Of a DNA stretch of 64,000 bases, positions 23,195-32,451 are shown in pieces (position 1 is the first letter of the stretch; every line of letters starts with the position of its first letter). Below the pieces are notes generated by a model. That model saw nothing but the letters and a program-made list of their open reading frames with translations, did not search any database and had not been told where the DNA came from. Made by a program: the position numbers and the translations under genes. Origin of the DNA: a bacterium HR35 (GTDB lineage: Bacteria; Patescibacteriota; Minisyncoccia; UBA6257; HR35); assembly GCA_002898235.1 (NCBI GenBank), contig BEIL01000004.1, positions 499 to 64,498 on the forward strand, written 5' to 3'.

Positions 23195-26100
23195 TTGTTT
23201 TAATCACTACATCACTATTAACACTTATACTTTCAATTCCTTCTTTAACTAAAAATTCGACAATTTCTGGAAAATCACTAGGAGCTTGACCACAAATTCC
23301 CACATATTTTCCTTTTTCTTTACATTTTTTAATTACTTCAGCGATTAATTTTTTAACTGATTCATTTCTTTCATCTGCTAAACCTTGTAAAATTTCATTA
23401 TCTCGATCAATTCCTAAAGTAAGCTGAGTTAAATCATTTGAACCAATTGACATGCCGTCAAAAATTTCTAAAAATTCATCTGCTTGTAAAATATTTGAAG
23501 GAATTTCACACATAACATAAACTTTATAACCCTTTTCTTTTCTTGGACCTAAAACATTTTCGATTATCTCCATAACCCTTCTTCCCTCTTCAGGTGTTCG
23601 GCAAAATGGCACCATCATCGTTAAATTTGTAATCCCCATTTCTTCTCTAACCTTTTTCATTGCTAAAACTTCAAGTTCAAAAGCTTGTTTAAATTTAGGA
23701 TGATAATACCTACTTGCTCCTCGCCAACCAATCATTGGATTTTCTTCATTTGGTTCATAAAGTTCTCCGCCAATTAAGTTTCGGTATTCATTTGTTTTAA
23801 AATCAGAAAATCTAACAATTACTTCATAAGGCCAGTAAGCAACACAAATTTTAGCAATCCCTTCAGCCAATTTATCAATAAAATATTGTTTTTTATCTTC
23901 GTATCCTTGGGTAAATTCATCAATCTTTTGCTTAATTTCTTCTGATAAACTAGAGTAATTTATCAATGCATTAGGATGAATTTTAATTTCTTCAGCAATA
24001 ATAAATTCTTCTCTTGCAAGTCCAACGCCTTTTACCGGCAAATACCACTTCTCCCATGCTTCATCTGGAAGTCCAATATTAACATAAATTTTTGTTTTTG
24101 TTTCTGGTAATTTTTCTAAATTATGTTCAATCACTTCATAATCTAAAATACCTTTATAAACATAACCAGTAATTCCCGTTGAACAATCAATTGTAACTTT
24201 ATCCCCTGTTTTTAAAATCTCTGTTGCTTTTTGAGTGCCAACAATTGCTGGTATACCAAGCTCACGAGATACTATTGCCGCATGACAATTAGCAACCAAA
24301 ACAGGTGTATATTTGCTTGAAAAGACTATATAATTGTGGTCCATATCATGAATTGCTTCTATTGAGATATTATACACCTCTGATTTTTTATAATTTAAAG
24401 AAGCGTTTTCATCATCTGAAAATTTTACATTTTTCATATTTATACCCGACTCTAATAGTAATCGTAATTCATATTCTATATCTTTGTAGATTTTTGAGAT
24501 TATAGGTAATATAAAATTTTTAATTTTATAATCAGAGATTTTATTATTTCTTTCAAAATAATCATATTTAATTTGTCCCCGTTTATTGACTAAATCAAGT
24601 ATATCCCCAATAATTTGTTTAGCTATAAATCTTTGCTGTATGTTTATTTTCTTCGATATTTGGTATGTTTCATTTTGACAAGTGTTATTACTTAATCTAT
24701 GTGTATACTTAACAATTTCATCACCATATTTTTTATCAATAGAAATAACATAATAACTCCCTCTTTTATGTTTATGAAGATTAAATACAAATCCTAATCG
24801 CAAAAGGGTTATAATCAAACTTTCTAATAAAATATTATTGTTGATTCCTACCGTTATCTGGATCTGATGGGAACTAATATTTCCATCGCCATCCATTACT
24901 CCAGCAAGAAAATATTTCAAATTTTCAATATCTGCGCCTAATAAAATCGTGGGTAGTTGAGATTTTAAAAGAGATAATTCGTTAAAAACATCTTTAGAAT
25001 AAATGCATAAACTTATTACTGAATTTCTTTTATCAATTATTTGATGTAATGATTTTTTAAAAATTCTTTCAAAATTAGTTTTATAAAAATTGATGTAATT
25101 AATTTTATCTTGATTTATTTTTTGAAAAAATGATATTATATAGCCTCCTTGTTTGTTTTTTTGAATACTGCCATCAGACAATATAGAACCAAGAAGATAC
25201 ATTTTTTCATTTGATAATTCATATCTCTCAACCAGACCGTCAAAATTATCTAAACATCTTGGAATTTTAATAAAACTTAACACACCCTCCTTGCTTTCTA
25301 TAATACTTTCTATGGCTCTTTTAACTAACTTTCTATTAAAAAGTGTAAAAAATCTATGGTCTGGAGTTGATATTAAATAATTGTTTTTATTACCAATAAT
25401 AATCTTTTTTACAGCTGAGATTCTTTTGAAGCCTTCTGTAATTTTTCTCCATACCAATTTATAAGTTCTCATATCGAAAGATAATGAATATAGATTTTCA
25501 CCTCTGTTAACTTTTTCTACAACATCTTTAATTTTCATAAAGCCTTTATTAGTCAAAATTTTTGTATCTCCTTCAAAACAAGTTCTTCCTCCTTTGTCAG
25601 TAATTACACCTTTTGCTTTTTTTAGGGCAACAACCCAATCTGGATCGGTCATTTCGGTAACTAAAATTTCTCCTTCTTGAAATTCATTTATTTTAGAAAC
25701 ATCTTTAATGACTCTTACCCTACCACTTGTGATTTTTGAACCTATGGCAATACCCTTTAAAACCACTGATTGATGCGGATCAAAATCAGATTGACGCGGA
25801 TTAAGACGATATTCTTCATAAACATTATATTTTTTAGTCGAATGAACAGTTTCAGCTCTGGCTTGGACAATATAAAGTTTACCATCAATTCCATCTTTTG
25901 CCCATTCGATATCCATTGCTCTTTGATAATGTCTTTCAATTATTATTCCCATCTTAGCTAATTCTAAAACCTCTTCATCATTCAAAGAATAATTATCTCT
26001 TTCTTCTTGAGATGTTTCAACTTCTTTTACACCTCCTTTTTCAGCATAAACAATTTTTCTTACTTTTTCACCTAACATTTTTGAAATAATACTCCTAAAT

Positions 26101-26846
26101 CCTTTTTCTAATCCTTCTTTAAAAACAATCCATTCATCAGGAATCACTTTTCCTTGAACAATTAATTCTCCTAATCCCCAAACTCCATTAATAACAATAA
26201 CTTTATTTAATCCAGAGTCAGTATCAATTGTAAACATTACTCCAGAACTGGCCAAATCAGATCTTACCATTTTTTGAACACCAGCCGAAAGCTTAACCTC
26301 AAAATGATCAAAGCCTTTTTCTTGACGATAAAAAATAGCTCGATCAGTAAATAAAGAAGCAAAACAATATTTTATTTTTTCTAAAAGGTCTTTTTCAGTT
26401 ACATTAAGATAAGTTTCCTGCTGCCCAGCAAATGACGCCTGTGGAAGATCTTCAGCTGAAGCACTACTTCTTACAGCAACTTGTAAATTTTCTCCATATT
26501 CTTTTTTCAATTTTTCAAAAGCATCTAAAATTTCTTTTTTTAAATCTTCAGGAAATTCACCTTGTTTTATAAAATTTCTAATTGTTTCTCCTGCTTTTTG
26601 TAATTTTTCAACATTATAAACATCTAAATTTTGCAAAATTTCCTTAATTTTTTCTTCTAAGTTATTGCTTTTAATAAAGTAATCATAAGCTTTTGTTGTT
26701 ACTGCAAAACCATTAGGAACCCTAACTCCTAAATCAGTTAATTTCTGATACATTTCACCCAAATTAGCATTTTTCCCACCAACCAAACCAACATCTTCTT
26801 TGGTTATTTCATTAAACCATAAAATATGTTTTTCTTCCTTCATCAT
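23157..26846 (-). CDS. ppsA: Phosphoenolpyruvate synthase interrupted by a 431-aa intein. The predicted spliced product is about 798 aa.
   Basis: The N-terminus has a PEP-utilising ATP-grasp domain. The central motif GGRT, then the intein, then CHAAIVSRELGIPA reconstitutes the phospho-His motif GGRTCHAAI. The C-terminal PEP-binding domain includes GGRTSH-like and ICGQAPSD motifs. Confidence 0.85.
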   Translation of the reverse strand: MMKEEKHILWFNEITKEDVGLVGGKNANLGEMYQKLTDLGVRVPNGFAVTTKAYDYFIKSNNLEEKIKEILQNLDVYNVEKLQKAGETIRNFIKQGEFPEDLKKEILDAFEKLKKEYGENLQVAVRSSASAEDLPQASFAGQQETYLNVTEKDLLEKIKYCFASLFTDRAIFYRQEKGFDHFEVKLSAGVQKMVRSDLASSGVMFTIDTDSGLNKVIVINGVWGLGELIVQGKVIPDEWIVFKEGLEKGFRSIISKMLGEKVRKIVYAEKGGVKEVETSQEERDNYSLNDEEVLELAKMGIIIERHYQRAMDIEWAKDGIDGKLYIVQARAETVHSTKKYNVYEEYRLNPRQSDFDPHQSVVLKGIAIGSKITSGRVRVIKDVSKINEFQEGEILVTEMTDPDWVVALKKAKGVITDKGGRTCFEGDTKILTNKGFMKIKDVVEKVNRGENLYSLSFDMRTYKLVWRKITEGFKRISAVKKIIIGNKNNYLISTPDHRFFTLFNRKLVKRAIESIIESKEGVLSFIKIPRCLDNFDGLVERYELSNEKMYLLGSILSDGSIQKNKQGGYIISFFQKINQDKINYINFYKTNFERIFKKSLHQIIDKRNSVISLCIYSKDVFNELSLLKSQLPTILLGADIENLKYFLAGVMDGDGNISSHQIQITVGINNNILLESLIITLLRLGFVFNLHKHKRGSYYVISIDKKYGDEIVKYTHRLSNNTCQNETYQISKKINIQQRFIAKQIIGDILDLVNKRGQIKYDYFERNNKISDYKIKNFILPIISKIYKDIEYELRLLLESGINMKNVKFSDDENASLNYKKSEVYNISIEAIHDMDHNYIVFSSKYTPVLVANCHAAIVSRELGIPAIVGTQKATEILKTGDKVTIDCSTGITGYVYKGILDYEVIEHNLEKLPETKTKIYVNIGLPDEAWEKWYLPVKGVGLAREEFIIAEEIKIHPNALINYSSLSEEIKQKIDEFTQGYEDKKQYFIDKLAEGIAKICVAYWPYEVIVRFSDFKTNEYRNLIGGELYEPNEENPMIGWRGASRYYHPKFKQAFELEVLAMKKVREEMGITNLTMMVPFCRTPEEGRRVMEIIENVLGPRKEKGYKVYVMCEIPSNILQADEFLEIFDGMSIGSNDLTQLTLGIDRDNEILQGLADERNESVKKLIAEVIKKCKEKGKYVGICGQAPSDFPEIVEFLVKEGIESISVNSDVVIKTIEMVKKFEDENR
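24288..25580 (-). mobile_element. Intein with a LAGLIDADG homing-endonuclease domain, inserted in ppsA
   Basis: It begins at Cys423 (CFEGDTKILT..., block A) and ends ...EVYNISIEAIHDMDHNYIVFSSKYTPVLVAN (blocks F/G; terminal Asn, Ala in place of the penultimate His), followed by the +1 Cys. It contains two LAGLIDADG motifs, LLGSILSDGSI and LAGVMDGDGNI. Confidence 0.8.
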
Positions 26847-26866
26847 TTATATTATAATATAAAGTA

Positions 26867-27346
26867 ATGAAAAGATTACTAATTTTCCTTTTACCATCAC
26901 TTGCTTTAGCTGTTTGCCCTGTTTGTATTGCTGGTGTTGGTATTGGATTAGGACTTTCTCGTTATTTAGGAATTGATGATTTAATAACTGGTTTATGGTT
27001 GGGTGCTTTGGTACTTTCTTTATTTTTCTGGACAATTGATTGGTTAGATAAAAGAAACATTCGCTTTCATTATAGAGAAATTTTAATTTTGTTAGCCTAC
27101 TATCTTTTTTTGCTTTTACCTCTCTACTCCACTAATATTCTTTCTCAAAAATTAGAATTTTTAATTAAAGATAAATTATTTAGAGGAATAATTTTAGGAA
27201 GTCTGATTTTTTATTTATCGATCTTATTTGATAAATTTTTAAGAACAAAAAACAATAACAAAGTTTTCTTTCCTTTTCAAAGAGTAATCATTCCTTTAAG
27301 TTTTTTGATTTTCAGTAGTTTGGTCGTTTATTTAGTTATTAAATAA
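26867..27346 (+). CDS. Membrane protein with an N-terminal CPVC...AGVGIG motif
   Basis: 159 aa, about 4 TM segments. It is a paralog, by the N-terminal motif, of the 7811..7993 product. Confidence 0.4.
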   Translation: MKRLLIFLLPSLALAVCPVCIAGVGIGLGLSRYLGIDDLITGLWLGALVLSLFFWTIDWLDKRNIRFHYREILILLAYYLFLLLPLYSTNILSQKLEFLIKDKLFRGIILGSLIFYLSILFDKFLRTKNNNKVFFPFQRVIIPLSFLIFSSLVVYLVIK

Positions 27347-27347
27347 A

Positions 27348-27872
27348 ATGGACAATTTAGATCTCAAAGTAAAAGAATTTATTGCAAAAGTTAAAAATAC
27401 CAAAGAAGAATTTGATCTTTCAGCTGATGAAGATTTATCTGTTGCCTTAATGAATTTAATTTCAATTGAAGAGCATTTCTTTTTTACTGGAGCTAAAACA
27501 GAAAAAACAGAATATTTTGATTTAATTAATGAAGTCAGAAAAATTAGAAAAGAACTTTTAAAAAGAATTGTTAAAGATTATGAAGGTGAAGTTTGGTGTC
27601 TGTCTAAACATTTATTAGCCTCATCTATGAGATTGATTGAGGTCGGCACTAAAGAATTAGATAAAGGGAATAAAGAACTTGCTTATGATTTATTTGATAA
27701 AGCCTATGCTCTTTATTCACTCTTCTGGGCTTTAAATTTAAAAATAATTGATATTGGCGAGGTTAAAAAAATTAATGAAGATAAATTAAATAAAGAAGAC
27801 AAAGAGACTGGCTCTGTCTTCAAAAAATTAGGTGAAATTGTTAAAAAACTTATTGATTGCTGTAAAGAATAA
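27348..27872 (+). CDS. Hypothetical cytoplasmic protein
   Basis: 174 aa, no recognisable motifs. It is co-directional with, and adjacent to, 26867..27346. Confidence 0.35.
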   Translation: MDNLDLKVKEFIAKVKNTKEEFDLSADEDLSVALMNLISIEEHFFFTGAKTEKTEYFDLINEVRKIRKELLKRIVKDYEGEVWCLSKHLLASSMRLIEVGTKELDKGNKELAYDLFDKAYALYSLFWALNLKIIDIGEVKKINEDKLNKEDKETGSVFKKLGEIVKKLIDCCKE

Positions 27873-28877
27873 TTATTTTACTAAATTTATTGGCTTTCCA
27901 TTAATAAATCCTTTGATATTTTCAATTGTTGTTTTTAAAATCCTTTCAATTGATTCTTTTGAATTAAAAGCATTATGAGGAGTGATTAAAACATTTGGCA
28001 TTTTCATTAAAATATGATTTTGCCATAAAGTTTTGATATCAGTAAGTTCAATATCTTTTTTAGTTAAAAGTTCTAATTCTTCTTTAATTTCTGTTTCTTC
28101 TTCTAAAACATCTAAAGCAGCACCTTTTAAAATTCCTTCTTTTAAAGCATAAACTAAAGCTTCTGTTTCAATAATTCCACCGCGAGCAGTATTAATTAAA
28201 TAAGCACCCGGCTTTATTAACTTTATATTTTCCTTATTAATTAAATGATAAGTTGAAGGATTTAGATTTACATGAATTGTTATCACGTCTGAATTTTTCA
28301 AAAGTTCTTCTAAACTCACATATTTAACTCCATACTCTTTAGCAAAATTTTCATCTGGATAAGCATCATAAGCTAAAATTTCCATTCCAAAAGCTTTTGC
28401 TAATTTAATTACTTGTTTGCCAATTTTTCCAGTTCCAATTACTCCTAAAATTTTTCCATCAAGTTCTTCGCCTCTTAAATTTTTTAAATCAAAACTTTCA
28501 GTTTCTTTTATTTGATCAATAGCATAATAAATTTTTCTCATTAAACTAAGCATAAGACCAATTGTCCATTCAGCCACAGTTTTTGTTCCATATTCAGGCA
28601 CATTACTAATTAAAATTCCTTTTTGCTTGCAGTATTCAATATCAATATGATCATAACCAGTTGAGCGAGTGGCAATAAATTTTAAATTAGGCAAAGAATC
28701 AATAATTTCTTTATTAATCTGAGAACAAATAAAAATACTCAAAACTTCTAAATCTTTAAAATTATCTATATTTTCTTTTGTCAACCAATCAGAAGTAAAA
28801 ATTAAATTATGTCCCTCAAGTTCTCTTTCTAAAATTTCTTTTTCCCAACCTTCTGCTTCAAAAAATCCAATATTCAT
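27873..28877 (-). CDS. D-isomer-specific 2-hydroxyacid dehydrogenase (NAD-dependent)
   Basis: 334 aa. The NAD-binding motif GVIGTGKIGKQV and the catalytic R/E/H region (NTARGGII...ALD...PHNA) are present. Confidence 0.8.
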   Translation of the reverse strand: MNIGFFEAEGWEKEILERELEGHNLIFTSDWLTKENIDNFKDLEVLSIFICSQINKEIIDSLPNLKFIATRSTGYDHIDIEYCKQKGILISNVPEYGTKTVAEWTIGLMLSLMRKIYYAIDQIKETESFDLKNLRGEELDGKILGVIGTGKIGKQVIKLAKAFGMEILAYDAYPDENFAKEYGVKYVSLEELLKNSDVITIHVNLNPSTYHLINKENIKLIKPGAYLINTARGGIIETEALVYALKEGILKGAALDVLEEETEIKEELELLTKKDIELTDIKTLWQNHILMKMPNVLITPHNAFNSKESIERILKTTIENIKGFINGKPINLVK

Positions 28878-28880
28878 TAA

Positions 28881-29267
28881 TTAAATTTTAACAAGACTTA
28901 AGATTAAAATTAAAATTGCTGAAGTATCCGCTAATAGACAATAAAGACAAAAAGACTTTAAAACAAAAACTTGAAGATAAATTAAATAAAGAGCGAAAAT
29001 TAATCCTAAAGATGAAACAATTTTTAATAAAACTTTAAACTTTTCAAAAAAATTCAAAATTAAAACACCACCAAAATAAAAAACTCCCCATAAAGCAACA
29101 GGAAGTCCTAAAAATTTACTGTATTTACTTTTCAAAACAAAATCGCAACTTGAATCAGGAAAACAAAAAGGCGAATTATTTTTAATGCCAATATAAAATA
29201 AATAAGAAGAAACTAAAAACCCGAGCAAACCTAAAATAAAAATCAAATTTTTCTGTTTTAATATCAT
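28881..29267 (-). CDS. VKOR (vitamin K epoxide reductase)-family membrane thiol oxidoreductase
   Basis: 128 aa and 4 TM segments. It has a loop Cys pair (FCFPDSSCDFV) and the active-site CxxC (CLYC) in the last TM helix. It is a paralog of the 37519..37908 product. Confidence 0.55.
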   Translation of the reverse strand: MILKQKNLIFILGLLGFLVSSYLFYIGIKNNSPFCFPDSSCDFVLKSKYSKFLGLPVALWGVFYFGGVLILNFFEKFKVLLKIVSSLGLIFALYLIYLQVFVLKSFCLYCLLADTSAILILILSLVKI

Positions 29268-29275
29268 TTAAAAAT

Positions 29276-29935
29276 TTAATACCACTTAGCTAAAATTACT
29301 TCAATATTTTTATTTTCTTTTTCAACCAATTCTTTAAATTTATTAACATCACTAAAACCAGTTTCTCCTCGATAATGATAAGGATAAACTTTTTTCGGCT
29401 GAAATTTTAAAACAGCCGAAACTGCTTGTTCAACAGACATTGTATAAGGTAAATTCATTGGCACAAAAGCAAGATTAATATTTTCCAAATTTCTCATTTC
29501 AGGAATATCCTCAGTATCACCAGCAATATAAACTCTAAAATTGTCTTTTTCAATTAAATAACCATTGCCTCTTCCTTTAGGATGAAACTCAAGTCTTTCA
29601 GGAGTTAAATTATACATTGGTAGAGCTTTAATTTTAAAATCTTGCCAATTTGTTTCTTCGTTATTATTTAAAATTTTTGCCTTTAGTTTTAGTTTTTCTA
29701 AAAGTTGATCACAAACTGCTTTCGGAACAATTAAATCAAATTCTCCTTTTTGGCTTAAACTTTCTAAAACATTATTATCTAAATGATCAAAATGAACATC
29801 AGTAATCAAAACTAAATTAGGTTTTGGTTGATTTTGATATAATTTTTTATCCCAAGCAGGATCAACATAAATTATCTTCCCATCCCAATCTAAAATAAAA
29901 GAAGCATGATAAATTGGAATTACTTTCGGTTCCAT
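29276..29935 (-). CDS. Metallo-beta-lactamase-fold hydrolase
   Basis: 219 aa with a VHFDHLDN (HxHxDH) motif. Confidence 0.6.
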   Translation of the reverse strand: MEPKVIPIYHASFILDWDGKIIYVDPAWDKKLYQNQPKPNLVLITDVHFDHLDNNVLESLSQKGEFDLIVPKAVCDQLLEKLKLKAKILNNNEETNWQDFKIKALPMYNLTPERLEFHPKGRGNGYLIEKDNFRVYIAGDTEDIPEMRNLENINLAFVPMNLPYTMSVEQAVSAVLKFQPKKVYPYHYRGETGFSDVNKFKELVEKENKNIEVILAKWY

Positions 29936-29956
29936 GATTAAATTATAATCAAAATT

Positions 29957-30645
29957 ATGAAGTGCTTATTAAAAATTGAAAATTTTAAAATCGGAGAAAT
30001 TATTGAAAGAAAAAATAAATTTATTGTTAAGGCAAAAATTAAAAATAAGACTATTTTAGCTCATTTAAATAATACTGGAAGATTAGAAGAATTTATTAAA
30101 AAAGGAAAAATTGGTATATTTTTACCAATTAAAGGAAAGAAAACAAAATTCAGATTATCAATGATTAAAGAAAAAGATTCTGCCTCAATTATTGATACCT
30201 CGCTTCAAATGAGATGTTTTGAAATTGCCTTAGAAAATGGTTATATAAGTTGGCTAAAAGGGCAAAAGTTTTAAAAAGAAATTTTAGAATTAATAATTCT
30301 TTAATTGATTATTTAATTGAATACAAAAAGAAAAAGTATGTTTTGGAAGTTAAAAGTGCAGTAATGAAAAAAGGAATTTATGCTATGTATCCAGATTGTC
30401 CTTCAATTAGAGGTCAAAAGCATATTAAAGAATTAATTAACCATAAAAATTCAATTATCTTATTTATCGCTGGAATGAAAAACATTAAAGCTTTTAAACT
30501 AAATAAAGATGCTGACCAGAAAATCTATGAACTTTTAAAAATTGCTAAACAAAAAGGAGTTAAAGTTAAAGCTATTCAAATTTATTTTGATTTAAAAAGA
30601 AAAGAGGTTATTTTACAAGATGATGATTTAAAAGTGTTAATCTAA
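29957..30645 (+). pseudogene. sfsA: sfsA (sugar fermentation stimulation protein A homolog), split by a frameshift near 30250-30274
   Basis: ORF1 (29957..30274) carries the SfsA N-terminal OB domain (RKNKFIVKAKIKNKTILAHLNNTGRLEEF, matching ReNRF.v....g....aHcpNTGrm). ORF2 (30250..30645), in another frame, carries the C-terminal nuclease-like domain (YVLEVKSAVM...YPDCPSIRGQKHIKEL). The junction lies in an aaaag-rich run. Confidence 0.6.
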
Positions 30646-30787
30646 AATTTTAACTTTAATATATAATTTCCAAAAATAATTTCCAAAAATCTTATACAAA
30701 ATATTCTAATATTCTGCAGAATGTTAGAATATTGTTTAGTATATATAAAATGTTTTTCCAAGATTATTAAATGTATACTTGATATGT

Positions 30788-31774
30788 TTATTTTTTTATT
30801 AATTTTTTAAATTCTTCAACTAAGGGAACTTTTTCTGGATCATGAGAATAATTAAGAGCTAAATAATAGCTTGTCCAATCGGCTAAAATTAATGAATTGA
30901 AAATTTTATGAAAAATCGAAGTTCCTTCAAAATTTATAGTTTCTATTCTAAAACCACGCTCACTAAATATTTTCTTAAAAACTTCCATTCTTTTTTGAAT
31001 TCGTGGATGATCGTCTTTATCTTTTAAAATAATAAAATAAAATTTTTCAACCAACTCTCTATTATCATTTTTTACATCAAAACTTGCCATCTCGTTGTGA
31101 TTGAATTCTGGAAAGACATTATAAAAAGCAGGAATTTTGGCAGTTTCGTTAAATTTAATCTTCCAGTTATAAGCAATGCCTAAATTTTCTGCTGAAGAAT
31201 AAATTATTGGGATAAAGCCTTTAATTTTTTCTGCTAATTCTTTTCCCTGCTCCTCAAATTCTTTTGGCTTTAGTAAATTTTTTAATTCATCTAATTCCTT
31301 TAATAAATCATCACGGCCAATTAATTTAACAATTGCTTTAATATTAAATCCTAAAGCAAAACGTGGCTGAATTTCTATATCTGGCATTTGAATATAAGGT
31401 AGATTATTTTCTTTAGCAAGTTCAATTAACTTGCCATTAGTTGAAACAACTGCTAAATTTAAATTTTTTTCAATTCCTTTCATAAGAAAATCAATTGTTT
31501 CTTCAGTGTTACCAGAATAAGAATTAGCAATTAAAAGTCTTTCTTTTAATTCTTTTTCGCTGATTTTAGGCAAACCATAATTTCGATGAATAAGTATATC
31601 AAGATATGGATCTCTAATTTTTAATAAATCAGGAGCTAAATTAGAACCACCCATACCCCCCACAACAAATTTCGAAAATTTAATTTTTAATTTATCTTCA
31701 TTTTCAATTTTAGGCTCATATTCAAATTGCTGATTAAAATTTTTTATTGCTTCATAAATATTCATTTTAATCAC
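30788..31774 (-). CDS. Bifunctional phosphoglucose/phosphomannose isomerase (SIS-domain, archaeal-type PGI/PMI)
   Basis: 328 aa. The SIS motifs FVVGGMGGS and ...ANSYSGNTEE, and the C-terminal PGI/PMI region, are present. Confidence 0.65.
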   Translation of the reverse strand: MIKMNIYEAIKNFNQQFEYEPKIENEDKLKIKFSKFVVGGMGGSNLAPDLLKIRDPYLDILIHRNYGLPKISEKELKERLLIANSYSGNTEETIDFLMKGIEKNLNLAVVSTNGKLIELAKENNLPYIQMPDIEIQPRFALGFNIKAIVKLIGRDDLLKELDELKNLLKPKEFEEQGKELAEKIKGFIPIIYSSAENLGIAYNWKIKFNETAKIPAFYNVFPEFNHNEMASFDVKNDNRELVEKFYFIILKDKDDHPRIQKRMEVFKKIFSERGFRIETINFEGTSIFHKIFNSLILADWTSYYLALNYSHDPEKVPLVEEFKKLIKK

Positions 31775-32216
31775 ATTTAATTTTATTTTCTCTTAAACTA
31801 TGTTCTTGCACTTTATCTTTATTATAAATATGCAAAACTTTAAAACCTAATTTCATTAATTCATCACTAACAAATCTACGATGGCATTTAAACCATAAAA
31901 TTTCAGCACACATAATTGCAGCTTGTTTATTTTTAGCTATTTTTATTAATTCTTCCAGTCCCTCTTTAAATTCTTCTGTTTTTGTATATTCTAAATAACC
32001 TCCCTTTCTAAAACCTCCTAATTTCTCTAGCCAAATATATTCAATTTCCTGCTTAGGCAATTCATTCTCCAAAACTTCTTTATTAAATTGAGGATTATGC
32101 CTTGAATGAGGAAAATGTCTAATATCTGCTAAAACTTCAATTTTAAAAATTTTTAAAACATCAATCAATTTTTCCAACTTTCTTGTTGAATGCCCAAGAG
32201 TATAAATTGTTATCAT
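31767..32216 (-). CDS. DUF488-family protein
   Basis: 149 aa. TIYTLGHSTRKLEKLIDVL...DIR...CAEILWFKCHRRFVSDEL matches the DUF488 signature. Confidence 0.65.
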   Translation of the reverse strand: MITIYTLGHSTRKLEKLIDVLKIFKIEVLADIRHFPHSRHNPQFNKEVLENELPKQEIEYIWLEKLGGFRKGGYLEYTKTEEFKEGLEELIKIAKNKQAAIMCAEILWFKCHRRFVSDELMKLGFKVLHIYNKDKVQEHSLRENKIKCD

Positions 32217-32451
32217 TATAAAGTTAATTTATCTTATTATACCACCAAACCATTTTTTCTTTTATGGTCGCTTCATAACCAAAAACAAGAAATTTTTATT
32301 ATTATATTCTCGAGAATATAAGAATGTTTTTTTCTATAGTAAAGGTAGGGTTGTAAGTACTGAGAGATTTTGGGTAATTTGATTTTTGTTGTCTTTATAT
32401 TATTATTCAGATACAATAAAATAAATAAACTAATAATAGAACAATCGTAAA

